DNA from: Thermoproteaceae archaeon
GTDB lineage: Archaea > Thermoproteota > Thermoprotei > Thermoproteales > Thermoproteaceae
Length of the DNA: 16,035 nt
NCBI GenBank assembly: GCA_020833025.1
Contig: JAJHRB010000036.1
Span: 1 to 16,035, forward strand
Direction: 5' to 3'
Made by a program: the position numbers and the translations under genes. This document shows, piece by piece, positions 5,406 to 14,741 of this stretch; position 1 is the first letter of the stretch, and each line of letters starts with the position of its first letter. The notes below the pieces were generated by a model. That model saw nothing but the letters and a program-made list of their open reading frames with translations, was not told the DNA's origin and did not search any database.

Positions 5406-5546
5406 GTGGAGCGCATTGTGATTTCCGTTCCCGAGAGCGAGCTCCGCCAGCTACTTGATGTGTGTAAAAAGTATAATCTGGATTCACTGGATGACTGTGT
5501 AAGCATGGCACTGGCAAGATTGATATACATTTACAAGGGCTCTTGA
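5406..5546 (+). CDS. 46-aa ribbon-helix-helix (CopG/MetJ-like) DNA-binding protein (not in ORF track)
   Basis: GTG 5406 to TGA 5544-5546: MERIVISVPESELRQLLDVCKKYNLDSLDDCVSMALARLIYIYKGS. The alternating beta-strand (RIVISVP) followed by two helices fits RHH. CTTTTAAG TATA at 5379-5386. Confidence 0.7.
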   Translation: MERIVISVPESELRQLLDVCKKYNLDSLDDCVSMALARLIYIYKGS

Positions 5547-5585
5547 GAGAACAAGCCCGGCCTGGCGCCGGCCTAGAGTGCTGTT

Positions 5586-6332
5586 TCAGAGTATCGGCCC
5601 GGGCGGCAGCTCCTCCCGGAGGAGCCTAGACATTACATACCTCAGTGTTTTCAGGTAGTTCCTGCTTATCCTTGCGAGATAGTGCGCGAGTCTCAGTCTT
5701 ACGGGATACCGGGCGAGCAGAGAGCACACGCGATCTACCGGCATCGACTTCGGGAGCTCGACGTAGAGCACGAAGTCTGACTTGATATACGTGCCGTGGA
5801 GATGGCCCAGATCTACCGGCTCCAGGTAAGAGCCGGGGGGCGCGTCTGCGAGCAGGAGCGCGGCGGCCCTCCGCTCCCCGAGGGCTCTCGAGACTTTAGT
5901 GAAGGCGCCTCTCCTCGCGGCGTCGGGTATTCTGGGCCCGTACCTACCGAGCCTGGGATCCTTGGACACGCCCACAACTCGCGTTTTACTCACGTAGGGC
6001 GTCAGCGGGCCGTCGACTAGGATGATTCCCGCGTCTATGGACTCCGCAAACGCTATCTCGTTGAGTCTCGCGGTCTCGTGAGGCCTCGCGCCCACTCTCT
6101 GAACGACGAATTTCCTCCTCACGTCCCTACCGACTGCGACTAGGGACTGAACCAGCACGTCCACCTCGCCGACGCGCCGCACGACGTAGCCCGAGTCTAC
6201 CGCGTAGTAATCGGCGGGCCTCTCGCCCCCGCACGGCACTACCATTTCTTTTAGCTCTCTCGGGGCGCTCGCCCTGAAGACTGTGTACTCGAGCTCGGCG
6301 AATCTCAAGAGCTCCGAGAGGAGGCGGTGCAC
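5586..6332 (-). CDS. NurA-family nuclease-domain protein (248 aa)
   Basis: Motifs YAVDSG, NE, ILVDGPL, VVGVSK and C-terminal YPVRLRLAHYLARIS match the NurA pattern (avDGS...E...DG.l...K...YP..L..AH). GGAGG Shine-Dalgarno just upstream of GTG 6332. Confidence 0.7.
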   Translation of the reverse strand: MHRLLSELLRFAELEYTVFRASAPRELKEMVVPCGGERPADYYAVDSGYVVRRVGEVDVLVQSLVAVGRDVRRKFVVQRVGARPHETARLNEIAFAESIDAGIILVDGPLTPYVSKTRVVGVSKDPRLGRYGPRIPDAARRGAFTKVSRALGERRAAALLLADAPPGSYLEPVDLGHLHGTYIKSDFVLYVELPKSMPVDRVCSLLARYPVRLRLAHYLARISRNYLKTLRYVMSRLLREELPPGPIL

Positions 6333-6360
6333 GGGCCTCCGAGCTGCCGCCTCAAGCCGC

Positions 6361-6873
6361 CTAGTAGACCTCCTCCACCAGCCTCTCGAACACCCTCCTC
6401 AGAGTCTCGCGGTCTGAGACCTCCACCGCGTCAGCTACATGAGGCGGCAGAGACTCTATCTGGCCTGTAATGTACTGGTGAATTAGCGAAAGCGTCTGCG
6501 ACCTCCCGGACTTCCTTCTCTCCGCTATGACGATTTCCTTTAGCCTTCTCACCGCAACGTCGACGTCCACCCCGGTCTTGTGCAGCGCCTCGAGAAGCTC
6601 GCGCTGCAGGATGCCTGCCTCCTCGTACAGCGTCAGCGGGATTCCCCTGATGTACACCTTGCCGCCCACCACGGCAGCAACAGGCTTCTTCGTGTGCTTG
6701 CCTATTCCTATGGGCACGCCGTTGCTCACAGCGCCGGTGGCAATCACAGATTTCAACTCCCTGCCGCTCAAAATAATGACGTCGTAAAACTGCGGCGCCC
6801 CCCTGGCGTCTATCACGACATCGCCGTCCTCGCTGCTGCCCCCCTCCCTCAAGATTGCAATTTTCAGCGCCAC
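6361..6873 (-). CDS. Hypothetical protein (170 aa; alternative start 6909), co-oriented with the NurA-like gene
   Basis: Open frame with protein-like composition. AAATTAAG TATA (6900-6893) sits 21-27 nt upstream of GTG 6873, favouring that start. Stop is 28 nt before the NurA-like start. Confidence 0.8.
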   Translation of the reverse strand: MALKIAILREGGSSEDGDVVIDARGAPQFYDVIILSGRELKSVIATGAVSNGVPIGIGKHTKKPVAAVVGGKVYIRGIPLTLYEEAGILQRELLEALHKTGVDVDVAVRRLKEIVIAERRKSGRSQTLSLIHQYITGQIESLPPHVADAVEVSDRETLRRVFERLVEEVY

Positions 6874-6954
6874 GCGACTTCCCGGCCGCGGGCTTAATTT
6901 GCCCAACATTCAAGCGGCCCGCTAGATCATCCAGCCCGGCGCTGCTGCGGGCGC

Positions 6955-8019
6955 TCAGCGCCGCGACGCGCGCAATCTCTCCAGAGCGGCGGGCACGTAG
7001 TACTTCTCGAGAACGTAGTTCATCAGCTCGCCGGCTCCCCTGCACTCAAGGGCTGAAATCTCTGCAACCGGCGAGAATAGCTTTCTGGCGCGCTCCAGCT
7101 CCTCTCCCGATGCCAGGTCGGCCTTGTTTAACGCGGCGACGGCGGGGGCGGGAAAGCTCTCGGCGATCTCTCTGTACAGCCTATACTGCATGTCAAGCGA
7201 AAACCCGCTGTGGTAGGTCGGGTCGACGAGAAAGAGTATCACGCTGGCGAGGTGGCGCAGCGCCAGTACTGCCTGTCTCTCTATCATGTTCCGCTCGCTG
7301 AGAGGCCTGTCGAGAAGCCCTGGCGTGTCGATAACCTGAACCACATCGCCCCTCAGCCTCACGTGCCCCACGTGAATCCGCTTCGTGGTGAACGGGTACT
7401 CGGCAACCTCGGGCTTTGCCGTCGAGACGCACCTGACGAAACTGCTCTTCCCCACGTTCGGAGCCCCGGCCACCACGACAGTGAACGCGCGGGGGTCAAT
7501 TGATGGGAGCTTTCGCAGTAGCGCAACAATCTCTCTCATTCTGTCAAGCTCGGGCCTCAAGTCTTCAATCAAGCTTACGATCCTGCCGCGGTACATCCTC
7601 CTCGCGTGTAGCACGCCGCTCTTGTCGGGAGCCGTCCTAACGGCATTAATTGCCTCTCTGGCTATTGCCCTGACGGCGATGTGCGCGTTCCCAATCTTGG
7701 CAACCGCGTGTTTGTAGGCGCGCGCGCCGAGAGCCGCGTCTATGATGTCTCTGTAGAACGGGTGCAGCTTGTCGAGAAACGGCATTCTGAGCGCAATCTC
7801 TCTCAGGACCGATGCGATGGCCTTTCCCGACGCCACGATGCGCCTTATCTCGTGCCTCTTCTGCTTCACGAAGGCAGGCTCCGCGCCCGAACCCCGGCTC
7901 TCCTCGCGTGCGTAGGCTGCAAGGAACATGCCCACCAGCTCGTCGGCGCTGTAGACATACGGCAGCCTTGTCCTATCCACAACCTCGAGCTCGCCGCCGG
8001 CTCCCGCCGCGGTACTCAC
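6955..8019 (-). CDS. NOG1/Obg-family GTP-binding protein
   Basis: GAPNVGKS (G1), EVAEYPFTTK (G2), DTPGLLDRPLSERNMIERQA (G3), NKAD (G4), and an N-terminal helical domain with LPFLDKLHPFY. TTTAAA box at 8039-8044. Confidence 0.93.
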   Translation of the reverse strand: MSTAAGAGGELEVVDRTRLPYVYSADELVGMFLAAYAREESRGSGAEPAFVKQKRHEIRRIVASGKAIASVLREIALRMPFLDKLHPFYRDIIDAALGARAYKHAVAKIGNAHIAVRAIAREAINAVRTAPDKSGVLHARRMYRGRIVSLIEDLRPELDRMREIVALLRKLPSIDPRAFTVVVAGAPNVGKSSFVRCVSTAKPEVAEYPFTTKRIHVGHVRLRGDVVQVIDTPGLLDRPLSERNMIERQAVLALRHLASVILFLVDPTYHSGFSLDMQYRLYREIAESFPAPAVAALNKADLASGEELERARKLFSPVAEISALECRGAGELMNYVLEKYYVPAALERLRASRR

Positions 8020-8093
8020 ACTACGGCATCCCGGCCGGTTTAAATCCCCGCCAGCGCGCCGGAAGGTTAATATCTGCGCGCGCCGGCCGCCCA

Positions 8094-8876
8094 GTGGCAG
8101 TAATAGCCTTACTGACAGACTTCGGCACTAAGGACTACTTCGTCGCGGCTGTGAAGGGAGTCATCCTGTCGATAAACCCGGGGGTTACCATTGTCGACGT
8201 GACCCACGAAATACCGCCTCAAGACGTGTGGTCAGGTGCCTTCGCGCTGAAGTCGGTCTACAAGTGGTTCCCGCGCGGCACAATATTTGTCGCGGTGGTC
8301 GACCCCGGGGTCGGGACCGAGAGGGCGGCCCTCATAGTGAGGACGAGGAGGTACTACTTCGTGGGCCCCGACAACGGCGTGCTCTCGCTGGCAGCCGGGG
8401 AGGACGGCGTTGAGGAGGTGTACGCAATACGCGCGGGCCTTCCAGAGGTCTCGAGAACGTTTCACGGTCGCGACGTGTTCGCCCCCGCCGCCGCCTACCT
8501 GTCACTCGGCGTCGAGCCGCGAATGCTCGGCGTGCCCGTCACGAGCTGGCGCAAGCTCGAAATCCCGCGCGCGCGAATTGAGGGCAATTCTATCCTCGCG
8601 CGGGCGATTTACGTTGACAGATTCGGCAATGTCTACACGTCCGCGCGCGACGAAATTTACAAGATCGCGGCGCCGGGAGATCGCGTTTGCGTAGAGACGG
8701 GCCGCGGCGCCGTTGAGGCGCGATTCGTCGAGACCTACGGCGCCGCGGAGCCGGGCGATACTGTCGTGCTCGTAAACAGCGAGGGCTACCTGGAGATAGC
8801 AGTTGTCATGGGGAGTGCCGCGGCGGCTCACGGCCTGAGGCCAGGCCAGGAGCTGAGAGTTTACAGGTGCGCCTGA
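8094..8876 (+). CDS. SAM hydroxide adenosyltransferase / SAM hydrolase (DUF62, chlorinase/fluorinase superfamily)
   Basis: IALLTDFG, DVTHEIPP, VAVVDPGVGT, FVGPDNGVL, TFHGRDVFAPAAA, YVDRFGN and NSEGYLEIAV motifs. Start reassigned to GTG 8094 (TTAATAT at 8067-8073). Confidence 0.92.
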   Translation: MAVIALLTDFGTKDYFVAAVKGVILSINPGVTIVDVTHEIPPQDVWSGAFALKSVYKWFPRGTIFVAVVDPGVGTERAALIVRTRRYYFVGPDNGVLSLAAGEDGVEEVYAIRAGLPEVSRTFHGRDVFAPAAAYLSLGVEPRMLGVPVTSWRKLEIPRARIEGNSILARAIYVDRFGNVYTSARDEIYKIAAPGDRVCVETGRGAVEARFVETYGAAEPGDTVVLVNSEGYLEIAVVMGSAAAAHGLRPGQELRVYRCA

Positions 8877-8880
8877 CGCG

Positions 8881-9294
8881 CTATACTCCCAGCCTTACCC
8901 TCAGCCCCGTCACTCTAACTGACTTGACAAACTCGATTACGTAGGGCGCCAGTCTCTCTACCTCCCGCCGCGGCACCGTGCGCCACGCCGGGCAGCTCCT
9001 GTCCACCGTCACCGTCTCGCCGTCGTAGACAAGCGGGTACAGCCGGCAGCCAACAGGCCTTATGCTGTAAATCCTGCAGGACCTCGAAGAGGGGTCGTAA
9101 AACACGCAGTGGCCGTCGACGTTCCTCAGCCTGTAAATGCCGTCGCGCTCCACCGCAAAGTCCTCCGGCGCGTAGCCCGCGGCCGCCACCCGCCTGATGT
9201 CCTCGGCGAGGAGCTCCATTTCCGTGCCGACGCAGCACGCCCCGCACTTCAAGCACTTAAACCTAACCTCGAACCACTCCGGCTGGCTCCACAC
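8881..9294 (-). CDS. YkgJ/UPF0153-family cysteine-cluster protein
   Basis: [10 protein letters not shown]...CVFYD...[15 protein letters not shown] pattern. Start moved to GTG 9294 because TTAAATA (9318-9312) is at leaderless spacing. Confidence 0.88.
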   Translation of the reverse strand: MWSQPEWFEVRFKCLKCGACCVGTEMELLAEDIRRVAAAGYAPEDFAVERDGIYRLRNVDGHCVFYDPSSRSCRIYSIRPVGCRLYPLVYDGETVTVDRSCPAWRTVPRREVERLAPYVIEFVKSVRVTGLRVRLGV

Positions 9295-9405
9295 GAGAGC
9301 CGGCGCGGCAGTATTTAACTGCTCCCCGCCAGCCCGCAGCCACGCAGCCACGCCCCGGGAGCCAGGGGCGCTTTAACGCGTTTTAACCGCCGCTCCGAGT
9401 GCGAC

Positions 9406-10500
9406 GTGGCGTACGACGTCGTGGTGGTCGGCGCGGGGCCTGCAGGCTCGACGGCGGCTCTCGTGGCCGCGAGGCTGGGTCTCAGAGTCCTCGTGATCGA
9501 CAGGCAGCAGCCGCCCAGAGAGAAGCCGTGCGGCGGCGGCCTAACCCCGCGCGCGTGGAGGCTCCTCGAGAGGCTCGGCGTTGAGTACCCGGTGTACGGC
9601 GCGTGCAGCGAGATCGTGATAAGGGCCGCCGGGCTTGAGTACACCATGAGGGGGGACCCGATTCTCGTGACGAGAAGGCCGGATTTCGACCACGCGCTCT
9701 TGAAACAGAGCGGCGCGGACTTTACGAGAGATCACGCAATTGGCGCGAGACACGACGCAGTCGTTGGAATTCGCGGCGAGTACGCCGGGAGGGTAATCAT
9801 AGGGGCGGACGGGGCGGTGAGCGCCATCGCGCGCTCCCTCGGCATACGCAACTTCCGCGGGCACAAGAGCCACGGCGTGGCGTACGTTACAATTGCCCGG
9901 GGGCCTCCGGGAAGCGCGTGTACTATAGACTTCGACGCGGTGTTCGGCCGGACGGGCGCGGCTGGCTACGCCTGGGTATTCCCGCTGAGGGATGGCGCGA
10001 GTGTTGGAGCCGGGATTGCGTGGACGGGGTGGAGGGATCTCAGGCCGCTGGTCGCGAGCTATGCAGAGAGCGCGGGATATAGGGCGGGCAGAATACTGGG
10101 CCACCCAATATCTCTGGGCTACATCGCCGGCCTTGGCAGCCGCAACGTCCTCCTGGCCGGAGAGGCGGCAGGTCTCGTGGACGCCACGACAGGCGAGGGA
10201 ATTTATTACGCTGTCGCCTCCGGCGCGCTCGCAGCCGTTGCCGCGTACATCGCGCTGAGGGTTTACGGGAGAGAGAAGCACGCGCTTGAGATTTACAGGA
10301 GTCTTGTGGCCCCTTACGTCGAGGAGGTGAGAAAGAGTAGATTGCTGTCGCGCGCGGCGAGAGCTCTAGGCGTGAGGAGGGCGGTGGTGCGCCTCCTCGG
10401 GAGGCGCCTGCTCGCCATGTATTCGAGAGTGTACAGAGGCGACGCGACGTACAGCCTCCTGCTCAAGCCAGTTGAGCAGAGGCTCGCGCCGAGGCATTAA
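9406..10500 (+). CDS. Geranylgeranyl reductase-family FAD-dependent oxidoreductase
   Basis: YDVVVVGAGPAG dinucleotide-binding motif, KPCGGGL, IGADG, GYAWVFP and LAGEAAGLVDATTGEGIYYA. Confidence 0.88.
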   Translation: MAYDVVVVGAGPAGSTAALVAARLGLRVLVIDRQQPPREKPCGGGLTPRAWRLLERLGVEYPVYGACSEIVIRAAGLEYTMRGDPILVTRRPDFDHALLKQSGADFTRDHAIGARHDAVVGIRGEYAGRVIIGADGAVSAIARSLGIRNFRGHKSHGVAYVTIARGPPGSACTIDFDAVFGRTGAAGYAWVFPLRDGASVGAGIAWTGWRDLRPLVASYAESAGYRAGRILGHPISLGYIAGLGSRNVLLAGEAAGLVDATTGEGIYYAVASGALAAVAAYIALRVYGREKHALEIYRSLVAPYVEEVRKSRLLSRAARALGVRRAVVRLLGRRLLAMYSRVYRGDATYSLLLKPVEQRLAPRH

Positions 10501-10702
10501 AGCGGCTCGCATTCCTTTCAATTCCGGTACATTCCGGGCTCCGGGACGCCCCGGCTTTTAGCGCGGCCTCCTGTCTGGAGGCGGGAGGTCTTGCTGCAAA
10601 TTTCAACGGGCGCGCGGAGCCGCTCCAGCGCCAGTCTGGCCCCAGCAGTGGAGATCACGGCCTCCCAAATGCTGCGAATTAATACCCCGCACCCGGCATT
10701 GG

Positions 10703-13564
10703 GTGTACGCATTTGTCGACTCGCCGTTCAGCCCCAGCGGGGTGACGCACTTACTGAGGCTCCACAGACCAGTGGGCCTCGATAGAGAGCTTAGAGAAAT
10801 TGCCGATGTGCTGAGGGTTGCTAAAGAGGGCAACAATAACGTCCTCGCCGTCGTGGTGGCGCCCTACGGGTGGGGGAAGAGCGAGCTGCTTGACGAGATT
10901 GAGGTCCTCGCCAAGAGGGAGGGCTTTGGAGTCATCAGGACGGCGCTCTCGCTCGCGCATGACTTCAAGCTCGAGCTCTCGCACAAGCGCCGCGACGAGC
11001 CCGCGCTAGTGCTGATCGACGAGGCCGACGAAGTTTCAAGACTGGCTGCAATATACAAGCTTGGTGCGCTGAGCAACGAGAAATTCATGGAGGCCGTCCA
11101 GAGGCTCGCGACTTGCATCAGGGCGCTGCTAGAGCCGCGCTCCTACAGGCACGTGCTCGGCGAGCCTGAGAGGTTCAATAAAATCGCGATCATCGTGGCG
11201 CTGACGCCGCAGCTGTACTACACCATACTGAAGAACGTAGTTCCAGACGTGTTTGACGTGACCAGCGGCAGGGTCTACAGGGAGGTGGCAATTGACGCCA
11301 GATTTCCATTCTGGCAGTACGTGGAGGCTGTGAGACAGAGGCTGCTGGCGTACTCGACAGCAGAGAGGCTAGAGAAGATCCACGCCGGCGAGCTAGACGC
11401 GCTGAGCCCCTTCACGCTGCTGGATCTCGCCGCCATTTACAGGCTGGCCAGAGAGCGGGGCGAGCCCTCGCCGCGGTTCCTCATGAAGCTGACGGCGAGA
11501 CTATTCCAGCTAAAGAGGGAGGGCAGGAGGCTGGCGGACCTCCTGAGAGAGGAGGGCATGACGGCGGAGCTTGACGGCGAGATTCTGGAGCGCGCGTACT
11601 CAGGAATGCCGTTTGACGGGGAGGCGCACTACGCCAAGAGGGTTCGCATCTACAGAATTCCTTACGACGACAAGGAGGCCCTCGCCGTGGCGAAGAGATT
11701 CGTGGAGATGCGCGGGCGCGAGCTCGACACGAGGGACCCGAAGAGTGTCTCCTACGAGCCGTACCTGTACTACTCGCTGCTGGAGGGCGGCAGGCTCTAC
11801 GTGTACGTAATTGCGGACGAGGACCTCAAGCTCGAGGAGTATGCAGCCGGCGAGAGGTATGTCGTCTCGGACGACGTTGCCAGGCTCGTCGGCACGACCG
11901 AGGCGCAGCTCGCGTCCGCAATAGCCCGTGAGTACTACCAGAGGCTCGAGGACCCGCTGGCGCTGCTCGAGGAGGCCGCGAAGCTCGCGGGAGTCGAGGG
12001 AATCCGCCTGAGGCTGTGCTGCGGGTTCGCGCTGTGGCAGAACAACATGGGCGTGCGCGAGGCTTACATCTTCGCGAGCGTGGACAGAGAGGACGAGCTG
12101 AGAGAGGCCGCAAAAATTCTTGCAGACACAATCAGCGCGGGCACTCTCGGCGGGTACGTCGTTGACTGCGTGAGCGTGCTCGTGGTGAGCAGGGTGCTGC
12201 TGACAGACGCGTTGCGCGACGCCCTCCAGCCGCTGCTGTCGGCCTACTGGAAGAGGCTGTACCCCGAGCCTGCGTCCAGCTTTGTCACGCTGCAGCTGTA
12301 CGGCGCGGACAGGATCGAGAGGCTAAAGCACGAGCTCGTGAGGTGCGCAATAGACAGGGCGCTGAGGAGGAGCCCGAGAGCGCCAGAGTTCGCCGACGCA
12401 ATTCGCCTCGGCAGGGAGAGGGCAAAAGAGAGCATCATGAAGTACACGCTCGCGCTAAAGAGGGGCAAGGAGAGGAAGCAGCTGGCGCTCGTCAAGATAG
12501 CTGAAATGCTCGACGGGGGGCAGGAGGTCGAGGGGTTCAGGGCTTACAGGCACGTCGAGGAGATCTTGCTCAACGCATTTGATGAGTCAATACACGAGCG
12601 CGAGCTAAAATCGCTGATAGACACGCTCCTCCCCGTCAACCTGTGGAGAGAGCTGAGGGAGGATGACCTGATCGAGATAATGAAGCTGCGCGGCGTTCTG
12701 GTGCCGGCCGGCGACGTTCTCTACAAGTACAGGGACGACGTCGCGAGACGCCACCTCGCGGAGCTGTTGAAACAGCTCGAAGCGCTGAGCACAGTCGAGG
12801 TCGTGAGAGAGACGCCGCTCGGCACGATAAAGCTCTCTAGGAGAATAACGGAGGCGAGCCCTCAGCTGCCGCCGTTCGGCGACAGGAGGGCTTACGCCAG
12901 AGTACTGAGAGACATAACTAAGAGGCTTCTGGAGCTGAGAGAGAGGCGCGAGGAGGTTGAGAGGGAGCTCGCGCGCGAGGCTGACGAGAGGGCCAGACTT
13001 CTCTCCAGGCTCTCCGCGGCGCTTGCCAGGTACCGGAAGCGCGTGAAGTTCCTGGACTTGAGCAGAGTGACCGAGAGCGACGTCGCCAGAGAGGAGGCGC
13101 TGGCGCGGAAGGCGGAGGAGGCGCTGAGGCTCTGGAGCGAGATAGGCCACATGGCCAGGGCGCTCGGCTCGAGAGTTGACGTGGTGAGGGACTTAGAATT
13201 GCTGACCGAGCTCCCGCAGCCGTGGCTCGACGACTATCTGGCCAACCTTAAGCTTTACGCATCGGAGATCTCCAGGCGCCACGCCGCGCTGCTGGAGGCC
13301 GAGAGGGCCAGGAAGAGGGCGCTGGAGTGGCTGAGGCAGAGGCTGAACATCACTGAGAGCGACGTCGAGAGCGCAATAAACATCGCGGCGGCCAGGCTTG
13401 GGGTCAGTCCCGAGCTTCTCAAAGCGGTCGCCCGCAGGGGTCCAGGCGCACTGCTCGACATCGAAGAGCTGGCCAGAGAGGCCGCCCTCGACAGGGAGAG
13501 GGTCGAGGAGTACATGGAGAGGCTGCACAGAGCCGGCGCGGTGAAAAAGGCCTACATCGCATGA
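10703..13564 (+). CDS. 953-aa P-loop (AAA+/STAND-like) ATPase with long helical/coiled-coil region and C-terminal winged helix
   Basis: Walker A APYGWGKS, Walker B LVLIDEAD, sensor-like IIVALTP and GEPSPR, Glu/Arg-rich heptad region near aa 740-890, and C-terminal [44 protein letters not shown] at 10677-10684. Confidence 0.8.
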   Translation: MYAFVDSPFSPSGVTHLLRLHRPVGLDRELREIADVLRVAKEGNNNVLAVVVAPYGWGKSELLDEIEVLAKREGFGVIRTALSLAHDFKLELSHKRRDEPALVLIDEADEVSRLAAIYKLGALSNEKFMEAVQRLATCIRALLEPRSYRHVLGEPERFNKIAIIVALTPQLYYTILKNVVPDVFDVTSGRVYREVAIDARFPFWQYVEAVRQRLLAYSTAERLEKIHAGELDALSPFTLLDLAAIYRLARERGEPSPRFLMKLTARLFQLKREGRRLADLLREEGMTAELDGEILERAYSGMPFDGEAHYAKRVRIYRIPYDDKEALAVAKRFVEMRGRELDTRDPKSVSYEPYLYYSLLEGGRLYVYVIADEDLKLEEYAAGERYVVSDDVARLVGTTEAQLASAIAREYYQRLEDPLALLEEAAKLAGVEGIRLRLCCGFALWQNNMGVREAYIFASVDREDELREAAKILADTISAGTLGGYVVDCVSVLVVSRVLLTDALRDALQPLLSAYWKRLYPEPASSFVTLQLYGADRIERLKHELVRCAIDRALRRSPRAPEFADAIRLGRERAKESIMKYTLALKRGKERKQLALVKIAEMLDGGQEVEGFRAYRHVEEILLNAFDESIHERELKSLIDTLLPVNLWRELREDDLIEIMKLRGVLVPAGDVLYKYRDDVARRHLAELLKQLEALSTVEVVRETPLGTIKLSRRITEASPQLPPFGDRRAYARVLRDITKRLLELRERREEVERELAREADERARLLSRLSAALARYRKRVKFLDLSRVTESDVAREEALARKAEEALRLWSEIGHMARALGSRVDVVRDLELLTELPQPWLDDYLANLKLYASEISRRHAALLEAERARKRALEWLRQRLNITESDVESAINIAAARLGVSPELLKAVARRGPGALLDIEELAREAALDRERVEEYMERLHRAGAVKKAYIA

Positions 13565-14658
13565 GTGCAGCCGCCGTGATGGCAGACGGGCCCCGCCGCG
13601 GGCAGGCCCGGGCTAGGGGCGTGGCCGACGCCCCTCACGCGCATTATATACTTGCCGTCAGCGCGTCCCAGCTCGAACTTCACTGGAAGGAATCTCTCCA
13701 CGACGTAAATATTTGTCTGCAGGTGCATTGTGACCTCGCTCGTTGACAACACGCTCTCCCCCTCGGCGAGCGCCATGTACACCACAGCCATGTCCGCCAT
13801 GTGGGGGTCTAGGGAGGCGCCCGCCCTCATGACGGCGAGCAGCCTCTCCGCAGCCTCCCTGCCCACGACCTCCGCCGGCTTTCCCCTACTCCCGAGCGAG
13901 TCCCCCCCGACGACACAGCCCGTGTCGGAGGCAGCCCAGAGCACTATGCCGCTCCCCGGCCCCAGACCGTCGCTCCTCACCTCAACGGATATGTCGGCGT
14001 CGTAGCCGGCCCTCGCCAGAACCTCTCTCGCCGACCTGGCCTGTCTCTCGGCGACGTGCCGCGGCAGGTTGACCGCGTGGGACACGCCCCCCACTTCAAC
14101 GAGCCGGCCGAAGTCCGGCGAGTTAACTGCAGCGAGCCTCCCCACCGGCTCGGCTCTGAGTATTACCTTGCCTCCCCCGCGCGGGTAGTGCCCGCGCCTC
14201 ACGACCTCTATCTCGACCCTGGCGCCGAAGCGCGAGAGCGTCCGCGCGAAGACGTACCTCATGTAGTCTATCGGCGGGGACCACGCAACGTCAGTGCCTC
14301 CCGTGATCGTGACAGTGGTCGCGCACGGCGCGAAGAGCATGATTGGCGTTAATGTCTGAATTACAAGCGATATACTCCCGGCCGTGCCTATACTCACGTC
14401 GAATGAGCCGCACTTGATGGCTCTCGGCCTGAAGAGAAGGCGCGTCGAGCCTCTGGCCGCGCCCTCTAGCTCCGCGTCCGCCAGCGCGGCAGCGGCCATG
14501 ACGCCGGCCAAGTGCTGCGGCTGGAGCCCCGGATTTGGCCTCCTCGCGCGAATGTTGACTATCTCAACGGGCTCCCCCAGCAGTGCCGATAGCGCTATTG
14601 ACGTGCGCAGTATCTGCCCGCCGCCCTCGCCGTACGAACCGTCTATCCTGACAACCAC
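13552..14658 (-). CDS. rtcA: RNA 3'-terminal phosphate cyclase
   Basis: [57 protein letters not shown] and LDPHMAD motifs. Start GTG 14658 preferred over 14688 on TATA spacing. Confidence 0.95.
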   Translation of the reverse strand: MVVRIDGSYGEGGGQILRTSIALSALLGEPVEIVNIRARRPNPGLQPQHLAGVMAAAALADAELEGAARGSTRLLFRPRAIKCGSFDVSIGTAGSISLVIQTLTPIMLFAPCATTVTITGGTDVAWSPPIDYMRYVFARTLSRFGARVEIEVVRRGHYPRGGGKVILRAEPVGRLAAVNSPDFGRLVEVGGVSHAVNLPRHVAERQARSAREVLARAGYDADISVEVRSDGLGPGSGIVLWAASDTGCVVGGDSLGSRGKPAEVVGREAAERLLAVMRAGASLDPHMADMAVVYMALAEGESVLSTSEVTMHLQTNIYVVERFLPVKFELGRADGKYIMRVRGVGHAPSPGLPAAGPVCHHGGCTHAM

Positions 14659-14741
14659 GGAGAGCGGCCGGCGCAGGATTTTAGGCATTGCGCGGCGCGT
14701 TTTAGAATGCGCCGGCAGGCCCGCTCAGCAGGAGTCGCGGG

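Noticed and set aside
6297-6310. 14-nt match (TCTTGAGATTCGCC) between the NurA-like CDS and the CRISPR-like element at 2186-2199
   Set aside because: Lies inside a coding region, and one or two exact 14-mers are expected by chance across both strands of 16 kb.
10514-10524. Minus-strand ATTGAAAG CRISPR-handle octamer in the 10500-10700 intergenic region
   Set aside because: Only 8 nt, and the rest of the repeat is absent.
10518-10712. 64-aa minus-strand ORF between the oxidoreductase and the ATPase
   Set aside because: Overlaps the ATPase promoter and start, with no recognisable motif or promoter.
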